From NCBI RefSeq assembly GCF_009914755.1, contig NC_060928.1: DNA of 64,000 nucleotides; one strand, given 5' to 3'. The DNA comes from the human T2T-CHM13v2.0 reference genome, Homo sapiens. The translations under genes and the position numbers were made by a program. Below, one piece after another: positions 1 through 13,466 of the stretch (positions are counted from its first letter, which is position 1; each line of letters opens with the position of its first letter). The notes beneath the pieces were generated by a model that ran no database searches, was not told the origin of the DNA, and was given only the letters and a program-made list of their open reading frames with translations.

Positions 1-206
1 TTCTTCCATCACTGTCCCAAGGGGCATAGACTCTGTGAAGATGGTCGTTTCTAGCCTGTGATTTCAGAAATTCTGGCAGGTCCCCCTGCCCTTGGTACCT
101 CAACATAATATGACCAGTGATCCCTGAAATAACTCCAAAGGAAACCTATGCCACTGGTGAAAGATGTTCCTTTCCTATCAAATGCAGGCACACTAGCAGC
201 ACAGTA

Positions 207-482
207 AAGCAGTGGTTCCCAAACTTGGCTGCTCTTTAGAATTTCATGGGGAGCTGTGAAAAATGTGAATTCCTGAGTCTGTCCAGAAAACCGATTCAGA
301 CTCTCCAGAGGTGGACTTCCAGACTCTGCAGTTTGAGAAGGCTTCTCTCCATCTGTCAGAGTAAGAAAAAAATTTTGAAAATCAATAAAAAAGAAAAAAG
401 AGAAGGCTTCTTAGGAAGTTCTGAGAGAAGAGTTGGCCAAGCATCTGACAGCTGGTCCTGCAGCGGTATTTGGAAACTACTG
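207..482. mobile_element. MER5-like hAT DNA transposon, interrupted
   Basis: cagtggttcccaaacttggctgc...ttagaat...; ends ttggaaactactg. Confidence 0.6.
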
Positions 483-1029
483 ACATATACCATTAGTGTG
501 TGTAGATTTCAGACCCCTTCTGGGGAGTGAGTTTCAATGTTGGGAGTGAGGGTGGGATAGCCATTTGTCCACAAAGAGCCCATTTTTCTTCCCAGCTCTC
601 TCTGCTCAATGTGCTGAGTGAGATAGTGCTTCTCAGCCTCTTTGAACGCTTTCTTGTCCCTCTGCCTGCACTTTGGTTCCCATCACGTCAGCCTTGAAGG
701 TGGAGTGGCCTGTCAGCACCACAGGCTTGTGACTGGAGCCACAGGATCTCCTTTATCTCCTCAGCTTCAGGCTCTGTTGTGTGAATCCAGGCTAAGAGCA
801 GTTCAATGACTCAGGGTTAAGAGGACACACCGCCATCTCTTGACTCAGCCAGGAGATCCTTCCTCTTTGGCAATAAAAGGACACAATGCTTTGTAGAGTT
901 GCCACTTAATATAGATGAGATTACAGTTTGTGGACTGGATGAATCTAGAGACTTGTTTTCTCACCTATGAGAAAATATGCAAGGCATGGGAACATTCTTC
1001 ATAGTAGTAAAAATTGAAAATATTTGTTT

Positions 1030-1800
1030 TTTTCATCCATTCACTCAACAAATATTTGTTGAGCATCTCTGATCTTATCTTCTACTACTGTCTTGCTTAT
1101 ACCTCTCCAACCACACTAACCCCGCTGATCTTCTTAGAACAAACCAGGTACTCCTCTGCCTTAAGGAATCTGCTGCAGCCTGGAACTTTCTTACCCAGTT
1201 GTCTACTGAGCTAACTTCCTCACCTTCAAATCTTTGCTTACTTCTCACCTTCTCGATAGGGGTTAACGTGACCACCCTATTTACCCCTGCAACCAGCTTC
1301 CCTTCCTTACACTGTTCTACCTTTTATTTTTCCACAGCTCTGTTTACCTTTTAATACACTATTTCATTGATTAGGTCATCGTTTATCGTTTGAGTTCCTC
1401 TCTTGAATGTTAAGTTTCATCAGGGCAGGAATCTTTGTCTGTTTTTTTCACCATGTGTCCCTGGTACCTGGCATGGAGTCTGGCACGTAAGAGACACTTG
1501 ATAAATATTTGTTGAATGAATCAACTGGGAGCCGGAAGAGCAGCATGCAATACAGATAAGATCACTGGTGTCATAGAGCTCATGATTTATTGGAGGTGAA
1601 TGTAAATGAATTATTACAGAAATGCTTATTTAGTGATAATTGTGATAGCTAAGAAGGAAATATGGAGTTGTATCTGAGAGTATACGAGGGGCCCAACCTA
1701 ATTAGGGGGCCAGGGATAGTTTGTTGAGGCAGCAACACTTAGCCTGAGACCAGAAGGTGGAGTGGAGTAATCCAGCTGAGGGAGCTGGGAAGACAGTGGA
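1030..1800. mobile_element. L2 fragments in both orientations
   Basis: cattcactcaacaaatatttgttgag; tggcacgtaag...taaatatttgttgaatgaat. Confidence 0.65.
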
Positions 1801-2359
1801 AAGACCCTCTTAGATTTCAAGTAGTTTTCAGTTGTCCGGCTTATAACAACCGGGCATGCTGACAACCACATGGAGGTGCCTCTCTTTTCTCTTGAAGTAG
1901 CTATTCAAACTGAGTTTCCAAAAATCTGTAGACTACCTCTACACCAACATCTGAACACCAACTTCAGAATATTTCTCTTGTTACAGATGGATGCTCTTTG
2001 ATGAATAACATTTTTGATCTTCTGAATGTCTCCTTAATCAGTTGAAAACAAATTAAGTTTTCAATTGATTAAATAAATTTACTCAATCCACTGGATAAAG
2101 TTTAAATATTTATTGTATCAGTCCACTGAATAAATAAAGTTTAAATATTCTCAGCAATCAATCAAGAGTTTAAGAGATCTTATCTCAGAAACAAAACCAC
2201 ATAAAGGCTGAGGTAAAAGAGCTTCATACTGAGAGGAAAGCCTTAGTTGATGAGATGAGCAGTTCTCTAGGTATTCTTCCTAGCACTTGAAATAAAGTAC
2301 TTTGCACAAGGCAACTAAAGAAAATGTCTGTAGGAATTAGGTCAAAGTTGTAATAGTTA

Positions 2360-2657
2360 GGCAAGGCACGGAGGTTTACACCTGTAATCCCAATGCTTTC
2401 AGAAGCCAAGGCAGGAGGATCCCTTGAGGGCAGGAGTTTGAGACCAGCCTGGGCAATATAGAGAGATCTGTCTCTACTAAAAATAAAAATAAAAATAGCT
2501 AGGTGTGGTGGTGCATGCCTATAGTCCTAGCTACTTGGGGGGCTGAGATGACAGAATCACTTAAACTCAGGAGTTTGAGGCTACAGTGAGCTATGTCATG
2601 CCACTGCACTCCAGCCTAGGTGATAGAGTGTGGGACCCTGTCTCTAAAACCAAAAAC
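2360..2657 (+). mobile_element. AluJ
   Basis: Dimeric Alu with J-type gaggctacagtgagctatg. Confidence 0.85.
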
Positions 2658-3206
2658 ATTATAGCAGTTAATTCCCTTCTAGAGATCACCTGGCTGCATT
2701 AGGCAGTTTTTTCCTTTTTATTACTCAGAAGAACAAACACATTTATAAGAAAATATACAGGTATGAAATAATGAGTCAGTGGTAAATACTGTGAAAAAGA
2801 TTTTGAAAGCTTCTGAGTACTAACAGATCTTAAACATTCACTTGTTAATTCACCTCTGGGAACTCAATCTTTGACCTGGAAACAAGAGGAAAAACAGCAT
2901 CCTTTCTTGAGCAGTATGTTCTCAGCTTCCGAGCTGCCCAGGAGATTGGGCCCCAGATGATACCTTAGAACCAGAATCAATGCTTGTGGGAGGACCATGT
3001 AGGCTCCTTCATCAGAGGCATATAGTGATACCTCCATTAATAAAGCCTCTGGGGATTCTGTGTTCTTTTTGCTTTGTTTCTGTTTTATTTTGCTTTTTTG
3101 CTAAGTTAGCCAGGTTGTGGAGGGGAATGGTATAACTTCAACTGAGGATTGTGCTGGTTGTGACCATGTCAAAAGAAGCAGTAACTTTATCTCAGGATTT
3201 CCCTCT

Positions 3207-3313
3207 GTATCAGTCAGGAGAGGCTAGGTTATGCTGCTGTAACAAACAACCCCACAATCTCAGTGGCTTAAAATAGTAGAGGTTTATTTTTTCACTTAAC
3301 AACACATGTCCAT
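3207..3313 (-). mobile_element. MLT1 (MaLR) LTR fragment
   Basis: tatcagtcagg...ggctaggttatgctgctgtaacaaacaacccc...tctcagtggctt. Confidence 0.65.
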
Positions 3314-4366
3314 CTGGGGCCTGTGATGGGAAAGGCTGCCACAAAGGTCTCTGACATATCCTGGAGACATTTTCTCCATTGTCTTGGCTATTAACATTCA
3401 GTTCCTCTTTACTTATGGAAATTTCTGTAGCAGGCTTAAATTTCTCCCCAGAAAATTTTTTCTTTTCTACCACACAACCAGGTTGCAAATTTTCCAAACC
3501 TTTATGCTCTGCTTCTCTTTTAAACAGAAGTTTCAGTTTCAGATAATCTCTTTGTTCACACACATGAGTGTACACTTTTAGAAACAGCCAGGTCTCATCT
3601 TGAATGCTTTGCTACTTAGAAATTTCTTCTGCCAGATACCCTAAATCATCTCTCTCAAGTTCAAAGTTCCACAGATCTCTAGGGCAGGGACAAAATGCTG
3701 TGTCTCTTTCCTAAAGCATAGCAAGAGTGACCTTTACTCCAGTTTCCTATAAGTTCCTCATCTCCATCTGAGAGCACCTCAGCCTGGACTTCATTGTCCA
3801 TATCACTATGAGTGTTTTGGTTACAACCATTCAACAAATCTCTAGGAAGTTCTAAATCTTCCATCATCTTCCTGTCTTCTTCTGAGCCCTCTAAACTGTT
3901 CCAGCCTCTGCCCATTACCCAGTTCCAAAGTTGCTTCCACATTTTCAGGTATCTTTTTAGCAATACTCCACTCTTGGTACCAATTTTCTGTAATAGTCCA
4001 TTCTCACACTGCTATAAAGAACTACCTGAGCCTGGGTAATTTATGAAGAAAAGAGGTTTAATTGACTCACAGTTCCACATGCTTCATAGGAAGCATGACT
4101 GGGAGGCCTCAGGAAACTTATAATCATGGCAGAAGGTGAAGGGGAAGCAAACATCTTCTTCACATGGTGGCAAGAGAGAGAGAAGGGGGAAGTGCCACAC
4201 AGTTTTAAACCATTGGATCTCATGAGAACTCACTCACTATCAAGAGAAGAGCAAGGAGGAAATCTGCCCCCATGATTCAATCACCTCCCACCAGGTCCCT
4301 CCCTCAACACTGGAGATTACAATTCAACATGAGATTTGGGAGAAGACATAGAGCCAAACCATATCA
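3314..4366 (-). mobile_element. MSTA-like MaLR 5' LTR (3989-4366) plus truncated internal region (3314-3988)
   Basis: LTR ends tgtaatagtcc...caaaccatatca. The internal part gives typical MaLR-int ORF fragments (WELPRDLLNG-like). Confidence 0.85.
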
Positions 4367-4777
4367 CATAATTATTCATAACGGGTGGGAAAGGATGTTG
4401 CTAGTAAGTATATTATAGGTGGTCTTTTGGGTATTCTCAGTAGCTGTACGTGCTTGTTCATGTATCACATGTCTCATTAGCATCTTCAATCTCCATCCAG
4501 GGGTGTGTTTTTTACTATTATAATGAGCAAAGGGTCAATCTGAGGACAAGTAAAATTAAAATGCGCATGCTTTCTACAGGGGAAAGTCCCTGAAGATAGT
4601 TCTGCTTGGATGGGCTTGATCACAATGTGAGTACTGGGGTTTGTTACGTTGCTGGTGCAGTTGCTGTGTCCCACATAACAGACATGGTAACTGACATTGT
4701 TACCAGCTCATGTGTTGACGGTGCAGTTTTCATGTCCCAAGGACATGGTTATTTCCTTTACTATCTATCCTGACTCA
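4367..4777 (-). mobile_element. ERV1 LTR fragment (MER66-like)
   Basis: Minus strand starts tgagtcaggatagatagtaaaggaaataaccatgtcc and is cut at the MSTA junction. Confidence 0.55.
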
Positions 4778-5445
4778 ATAATACTGTTACTAAACTTTGG
4801 CAGCTTGTATTTTTTTCTCTGAAATTATATTTTTAAGAGTTATCCAAGTTGACACAAGGAGCCATAGTTCATTCATTTAACTGTAAGAACAGCCCTTCTT
4901 GAACCTTAATTGGCACATGAATCACTACAGGATCTTGTTCAAGTACAGATTCTGATTTGGTATGTCTGAAGTTCTCAACTGAAGCCAACACTGCTGGTTG
5001 GGCATCACATTTTTGGAGGCAAGGCTGCATAGAATTCCCTTGAATGCATGTGGGACAATTTATTCATTTATTCCCCTGTTGATGAACTCTTAGCTTGTTT
5101 TAAGTTTATTTTTACCATTACGTAACATTACAAGTATTACAGTGAGCATTCTTTTGCATATCTCTTGGCATCCTTATGCAAGAGTTCTCCAGAGTATATA
5201 CCTAGAAATGCAGTGGCTGGGTCATAGGATCTACCACTGTTCAATTTTACTAAGTACTGCTAACTTGCTCTCCAAAGTGGTGGTTTCCACTGATTGCTGT
5301 ATAAGAAATTTGGAAAAATTCCTTTTGTTCCATATGCTTACTGCACATGGTACTTTCAGCAGTGAGTGTGTCTTTTCATATATTTGTTGAACATTTGATT
5401 TCTTTAGTCTTTTTTCTAAGTTTATGTGGTGGATACTAATCTTAG

Positions 5446-6455
<1,010 letters not shown>

Positions 6456-6611
6456 TCATTATGGGCTTCCCTTACCACCTCTTTCCCCGAGATTAAATCT
6501 AAATTCTGGGAGGTTTATGTAGATCCAAGGTGTTTGAGTGTAGGTCCCAGGGCCTCCATCTCTGCACATTGCCATTGATGTGTCCTTCAATCCTGCTATC
6601 AACCTAAAGCA

Positions 6612-7340
6612 TAATCGCCTGATAAGTTCTTCCTGCCCACCGCAAAGACAAAGTTAATTCACTGAAACCAGGGCACTGCAGTAGAGAAAGAGCTTAATTG
6701 ACATGAGGCCGGCCTGTGTGGGAGAACTGGAGTTATCACTCAAATCTGTCTCCCTGATGACTTGGAGGTTAGGGTTTTTATGGACAATCTTGTGGGCAGG
6801 AGGCTAGGGATGATTGGTTTAGGATGAAATCATAGGATGTGGAAAACTGGCCTCATGTGCTGTGTCTACCTCTGGGTGGGGCCACAGGATTAGTTGAGTC
6901 GTGAGTTCCGAGTCCGGGTGGGGGTCAGTCTGAAAAACGTCTCAAAGAAACCAATCCTTAGGTTCTATAATAGTGACGTTATTTATCTGTAAGGGCAATT
7001 GGGAAAGTCACAAGTCTTGTGACCTCTGGCCATATGACCCCTGAGCAGCAAGGAATTATAGAAACTATGCCTACATTTGAGCCAAGTTCAGGCCCCCCTA
7101 TCCTAATCTTGTGGCCTTTCTTTAGTTTTAAAAAGGTGGTTTTTGGTCCCTGAGCAAGGAGGGGGTTAGTTTTAGGGAGGTACTATTATTCTTACTTTCA
7201 AGTTAAACTATAAACTATATTCCTCTTAAAGTTAGCCTGGCCTATAGCCAGCAATGATCAAAGACAGCTTGGAGGTCAGAAGCAAGATGGAGTCAAGGTC
7301 AGATTTCTCTTACTGTCATAATTTTGCAAAAGCAGTTTCA
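6612..7340 (-). mobile_element. LTR8-family solo LTR
   Basis: Minus strand starts tgaaactgcttttgcaaaattatgacagtaagagaaatctgac. Confidence 0.75.
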
Positions 7341-7759
7341 AAAGGAAGAAGCTGAGGCAAAATTAATATAAGTATAGTTAATTTGGGCCAAGCTTAAGAG
7401 TTGCAACCAAGGAGCACCGATTCAAGTTGCTCTGAATAGACACTCTGATTGGCAGCAGTTACAAGTGGATTTTTAAAGGGAAAGAAGAAGCAGTTGTTGA
7501 GTTGTTTACCAAGAAGTTACATTAGAATTATGCAAGCTATTGGTTATCCATTGTTCTTTGTCTCACAAATTCCAGGAACATGAGGATAATGGGCAAGGCA
7601 GGTAGTTGGGGACAAAATGACTTTAAATAGTTGCCCCCAGGTATGGGATATGTGGAGGGGGCATTTTGTGGGGAATGATTGAAGTTTCATACTCATGTCT
7701 CTCTGGGCCTGCATACCTCCATATAGCTCAGACAGCTCTGAGCTATTTTTCTTTTCTCA
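7341..7759 (-). mobile_element. MER65-like ERV1 LTR
   Basis: Minus strand starts tgagaaaagaaaaatagctcagagctgtctgagctat. Confidence 0.65.
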
Positions 7760-8269
7760 TTGCCAATCTGGCCCTTTTGTGTTAGCTTAGAGTGCACTCA
7801 AACATCTGCTCTTCTTGCCATGCTGGGATGAGGAAATGTCTGCAAGACTCTAAAGACCCAGGAGCCTAGATGTCCTATGCAGCAATTTCCTCCCTGAGCT
7901 TTGTCAGTCTACTTAATAAGGAAAGCATGTTGCCCATCTAACAACCTCCTTGGGACCCCCAAACAGCTGCCTTCTTATCTCTTCTCTCTGATCTCTTGTT
8001 CTCTTCTCAGCCCTGGAAGGAATTTTTCTTTGTATTGAAGATTAGGGTGGAGTGGAATGAGGGAAGTCCTCTCTCTCTAATTCCTTTTTCCTTTTTTTTT
8101 TTTTTACATTTATTCTGCCAGTCTTCACTGGTTTCCTAAGGCTTTTAGAAATGAAAGTCAGAAACACTCTTTTTTTCTTCTTTCAGCCAGTCACATCCTT
8201 CTCCTGAGGCAATGGGAAAAGAAAGACCTAAGTGCTTGAATGGGGGAGAGGAGGGTAGGGCAGACTGTG

Positions 8270-8865
8270 ACAATGTGAAATGGTGCAGCAAATGTGGAAA
8301 ATGGTTTGGGAATTTCTCAAAACATTAAGCATAGAGTTGCCATATGACCCAGCAATTCTACTCCAATAGAAATAAAAATATATGTCCACACAAAAACAAG
8401 TGTTCATAGCAGCATTATTCATTGTAGCCCAAAGTGAAAATAACCCAAATGTCCATCAACTAATGAATGGATAAAATGCTTTATATTCATATAATGAAAT
8501 ATTATTTGGTGATAAAAATTAATGAAGTGCTGGTACATGAGACAATATTGGATGAACCTTGAAGGCATTATGGGAAGTGAAAGAAGCCTGACATGTAAGA
8601 CCTTATATTGTATAACTTTGTATATATGAATGTCCAGAATAGACAAATTCATAGAGACATAAAATAGTGGTTGCTAGGGCTTGGGGGAGGAATGGGAGTG
8701 ACTGCTACTGGGTAGGAGGTTTCCTTTTAGGTGATGAATATTCTAAAATTGATGGTGGGGATGGTTGCGCAACTTTGTGAATATACTAAAACCAATGAGT
8801 TGTATATTTTAAATTGGTGGATTGTATCACATATGACTTATATCCTAATAAAGCTGCTAAAAAAA
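8270..8865 (+). mobile_element. L1MB-like 3' end
   Basis: catatgacccagcaattctactcc...aataaagctg. Confidence 0.8.
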
Positions 8866-8959
8866 TGAATTGAAAAAATATTGGTTACTTCCTCCCCCCA
8901 AACTATTATTCAACTACATGCACATCTTATATATTGCAGATATTTTTATTTTATTTTTA

Positions 8960-9276
8960 ATTATTTTAAATTTATTTATTTATTTTTTGAGATGGAGTCT
9001 TATTCTGTCACCAGGTTAAAGTACAGTGAGTGGTGCCATCTCAGCTCATTGCAACCCTCGCCTCCAGAGCTCAAGCAGTTCTCTCACTTCAGCCTCCTGA
9101 GTAGTTGTGACTACAGGCACGTGCGCTGTGCACTGTTAATTTTTTTTAATTTTTGGTAGAAATGGGGTTTTGCCGTGTTGTCCAGGCTGGTTTCAAACTC
9201 CTGAGCTCAAGTGATCCATTCACCCTGGCCTCCCAAAGTGCTGGGATTACAGGTGTGAGCCACTGTGCCTGGCCCA
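8960..9276 (-). mobile_element. AluJ
   Basis: Reverse-strand Alu dimer. Confidence 0.85.
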
Positions 9277-9379
9277 GATATTTCAAAAAATTTGAAGCAG
9301 ATATTACATATAGGTTATCTAACTTTTCCTCCTAAATATGTATTAGGTGCCTACTTTGGTCAAACTACTGAAGCAGTAT

Positions 9380-10068
9380 TGTTTGTCTGGGGTAATACCC
9401 AAGGTTCATTGTCCCACGCCAAGGAAATCAAGGACACGGACACACAAGGAGTGAGGTTAAGAGTGGAAGTTTAATAGAGAATTGCTTGAGCTCTGGAGGC
9501 AAGGGTTGCAAAAGAAAGAGAAAAGCTCTCTCCTGTAGAGAGAGGGGTCTTGAGCAGGTCTTCCAGTCCCCGGTGAAGTGTAAGAGGTTTTATAGATGAA
9601 CTTGAGGAGGTGGTGTCTGATTTACATAGGGCATGAAAGATTGGTTGAACAGGGTGTGACATTTGCATAGCACACGAAAAACTGGTTAGGGCTAGGTGTG
9701 CCATTAGCATAGTGCATGAGAATCTGGCCACCCCCAGCCTAATCTTTTATTATGCAAACGGGTTCTCTACCTGGCAGGTGCCATGTTACCTGTTCCTTTA
9801 CTATACACATGGTGACAAAGAAAAGAGAAGATGGAGCCCCCGTGTTGAACATGACTGACCCTCAGATAGCCCTTTTCTACTGGCACAGCTGCCGGCATTC
9901 ACCAGTGCAAGCTTCCAGCTTACTTATCTATGTCTGCAGCTCGATTTTTCAGGCTGCTCTTTGTTAGAAGAGAAATGATTTGGAGGCTGCTTTTTGTTAA
10001 AAGGGAAATTCTGCTGAGGATTCTGTTGCCCTTACTATCTGCCTAAATAATTTCTACCTTCTGTATCA
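9380..10068 (-). mobile_element. LTR9-family solo LTR carrying a 36-bp foreign insert
   Basis: Minus strand starts tgatacagaaggtagaaattatttaggcagatagt; 4-bp TSD gtat/gtac. Confidence 0.75.
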
Positions 10069-10847
10069 GTACCATGGTAGGATACTGTGGAAAGACAAAG
10101 ATGAATAAGGTATATCCCTTCCTTTGAGAAGCTTCAATATGATCATTTCCATTCATTTGACTTCTAGCTGCTGTGGTCTGTAAATGGTAACAATTATTTA
10201 TTTCACCTGTCCACATTAACATCACAAACTTTAGTGAGTTGAAAGTAGCAGTTAAAATAATCGAGAGGATGGACGGATTCTGTAAGAAGTCATACTAAAA
10301 GGATTTAAACTTTTTGGCCTGTGAAGATGAATGTGGAGAAGGGCTAAATTGGCTTGAACTGAAATGTATGTTCCAAATTAGGAATTCTCAACCTTGTAAT
10401 TTTTGAAGAATCTCTGTTCCACCCTATATTCATTAAGCCAGACTCTGGGTGTAAAATGCAGGCATAAATAGGTCTTTAAAACTTCCCAGTTGATGGCAAT
10501 GTGTAGCTGAGGTTGAAAGTTACTGGTGTAGGTGCCTTAACTGAGTAGTTTCCTGCAAATAAGAAAAGTGATATATTATAAAGGGCGAGCAGTTAACCCA
10601 GGTATATGCTTTACCCATCAAAGAGTATTTTTGGAAGGCTCAGCCATACTTGGTGTGACCTTCCTGGGTGAAGTGGCAATGCTAACATAGTAGGTGGCTC
10701 CCAATGACCTATTTGTGACAAAGAACTGTCAGAGGGACATAGGAGTTTATAGATCAAGAAATGGAACTTTGGGCTAGAATCCAGAAGAGGCATTTATCAG
10801 TGCATTAAAATGGAGGGGCTATATCAAAAAAATGTGGGAATTCACCT

Positions 10848-12132
10848 TTCAAGGGAATTGAAGAGGAGGAAGTAAGAGAAGCAGGAATTTTGGGAAGTAA
10901 TTTCTTGAATGCTGAGTGATGACTAGGCAGGATCCAGTCTCTTTGGTTGGGTTCAAGGTAGAAGTGTTATATGACAGAGTTAGTCTTATGAGGACATATA
11001 GGCTGTAATTAAGGCCAATTAGAGATATATTGGGCCCATTGCTACCCTTTGGGCTTTACATTATGAAGCCCAATTACACCATGCCTTGAAACATTCATTA
11101 GTTTCCACTCACAAACACAAAAGATTGACCTTTGGTCTGGCTCAGTGGTTCCAGTGTTCAAATGTCTTGCATTTATTTTTCTGTTTTTATTTATTTTTTT
11201 TTAGGGTTGATTTTCATGTCCAAAATGAGAAGAGAATTATGACTGGAAGTCTTTGTCCACCATATGATACGAGCAGGGACAAAGGTTTCTGTGTTTGCTC
11301 AAGGCTCTATGCCGAACAGGATGCACTTTCGACATCATGATTTTTGCAAAGTATTATTCCTTCAGTAGCAGTGAGATGAAACACAGCATGTCAACCTCCA
11401 TATGATTGGGGTCTTGGCACTGGAGTTATCTTGGCACTAGGAGCTATTTCCTGGTACAGGAACCTAGAGGAACTGCTTTCCTGTTATGTTTCAACTGTCC
11501 AACTCGATTATCCTCTCTCCAAGGGGATTCAGAATAGGGGGCTAATTCCATTGTGGGGAAACTTCACCCAGGCTTTTAGGACCATTAGGCAAGATTTCCC
11601 ATGGCAGAAAGACTGTCGGCAAAGCAGGAGCAGAACATGCATTGGAAGAGTCCAAAATGGGGTCATATCACAGTGCTATGGGGGACCCTGGCATTTGGTT
11701 GGGTAACCTCAAGGGCATTTGGTTTAGGATCAAGCCAGAGTTTATTTGACAGCTCTGAAATAACCCTAAGTTCAATATCTGAAGTGGTCTTATGGAGGAG
11801 CCATTTGATAGTTCATTTCCACCCTTGATTACCCACCCCTTTTTTTTTTAGCTGAGGTCTTGCTCTGTCACCCAGGCTGGAGTGCAGTGGCATGATGTGT
11901 CGAAGTATATTCAAGGGAATTGAAGAGAAGGAAGTAAGAGAAGCAGGAAGTATCTGGGGAAGTAATTCCTTGAATGCTGAGTGATGACTGTGCAGGACCC
12001 AGTCTCTTTGGTTGGGTTCAAGGTAAAAGTGTTATATGACAGTGTTAGTCTGATGAGGACACATAGGTGTAATTAGGGCCAATTAGAGATATATTGGACC
12101 CATTGCTACTCTTTGGGCTTTACATTATGAAG
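10848..12132 (+). repeat. Dispersed direct duplication: 10848-11068 and 11910-12132
   Basis: ttcaagggaattgaagag...gggctttacattatgaag occurs twice, ~92% identical by eye. Confidence 0.95.
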
Positions 12133-12371
12133 TGTACCAGTGGTAGCTCACTGCAGCCTCGAACTCCTGGGCTCAAGCAATCCTCCCACCTCAGCCTCCC
12201 AAATAGCTGGGACTACAGGTGCAGGCCACCACAGCCCACTAATTTTTAATATTTTTTACGTGAAAATAAAGTGTCACTGTGTTTCCCAGGCTGGTCTTGA
12301 ACCCTGGGCTCAAGCTATCCTCCTACTTTACCTCCCCAAGTGTTGGGATTACAGGTGTGAGCCACTGGCCC
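11840..12371 (-). mobile_element. AluJ split by an insertion at 11897-12143
   Basis: Alu sequence stops at gtggcatgat and resumes at tagctcactgcagcctcg. Confidence 0.85.
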
Positions 12372-12384
12372 TGATTATTATTTT

Positions 12385-12703
12385 TTATTTATTTATTTAT
12401 TTATTTATTTATTTTTGAGACAGGGTCTCACTCTGTAGCCCAAGCTGGAGTGCAGTGGCATGATCTCAGCTCACCACAACCTCCACCTCCCAGGTTCAAG
12501 CGATTATCCTGCCCCAGCCTCCTGAGTAGCTGGGAGTACAGGCACCCACCACCACGCCTGGCTAATTATTTTTTGTATTTTTGGTAGAGACGGGGTTCCG
12601 CCATGTTGCCCAGGCTGGTCTCGAGCTCCTGAGCTCAGGATGACCTGCCTGCCTCAGCCTCCCAAAGTGCTAGGATTACAGGTGTGAGCCACCGCACCTG
12701 GCC
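12385..12703 (-). mobile_element. Alu (S/Jb)
   Basis: Full reverse Alu with a (TTTA)n tail. Confidence 0.85.
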
Positions 12704-13466
12704 TAATTATATTTTAAAGTGCATTTCCCCCCAAGTTCCAGTTGCTTATAGGATTTAGCTCTGAAGTCAAGGTATTTGAGATTTTTTAATCCATGTGCTG
12801 GGAAAGAGAAATAATTCTAGAAATTTAGTTCTGCTAACATTGTCACAAGATAAGATTGTAGTTTTTGCAAAATAAAATGGTGTTTGGTGAGTTTTATTTT
12901 GCTTTTGATGGAATGGGTTGCTTCTTGATATTAAAGTTGGAGAAATGGGTGAGATTTTGATATAAGAGATACTGGATTTGTGTTATCAGTATCTGTTCTA
13001 ATATCTCTTTATTTGACTACTGGGCACATTCTTGAGTTGGAAAAACAAAGTTGCTAAGGGTTGGAATTGTCTCAATTTTGTTTTTACTTTTATATGTTGA
13101 CACTATTTGATTAAAGCCATTGCACATTCAGTTTATTTTCTTAAAGTTTGTTATAGAGGCAACTAAAGTTCTGCAGACTTGTAAATAAATTATATCTAAC
13201 TGTACATAACCTGGGTTACATTCTTGAGCGAATCATATCAACATTGGCAGAACGTTTAAATAAACATGCTAGGAAAGGTTAAATAGAGGTTAAACAGTTT
13301 ATTCTTCCCTTCATACCAAGTTCCTTAGGCATTTGGATTCACCCTTAAAATTTTCTATTTTACTCAGCAAAAATTTTAAGAACAAAGAATTTTATGATCA
13401 TTCTTAATAAAAACTGTTAATAGAACTTGCTATAAAAGCATCTTAATCTTTTGTTAACTACTCATT

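Noticed and set aside
2086-2150. Small local duplications (also ~14608, ~30913, ~61230, ~62885)
   Set aside because: 10-35-bp tandem slippage events are common; no further structure.
3210-3963. 121-aa and 94-aa minus-strand ORFs
   Set aside because: Decayed MaLR internal ORF fragments.
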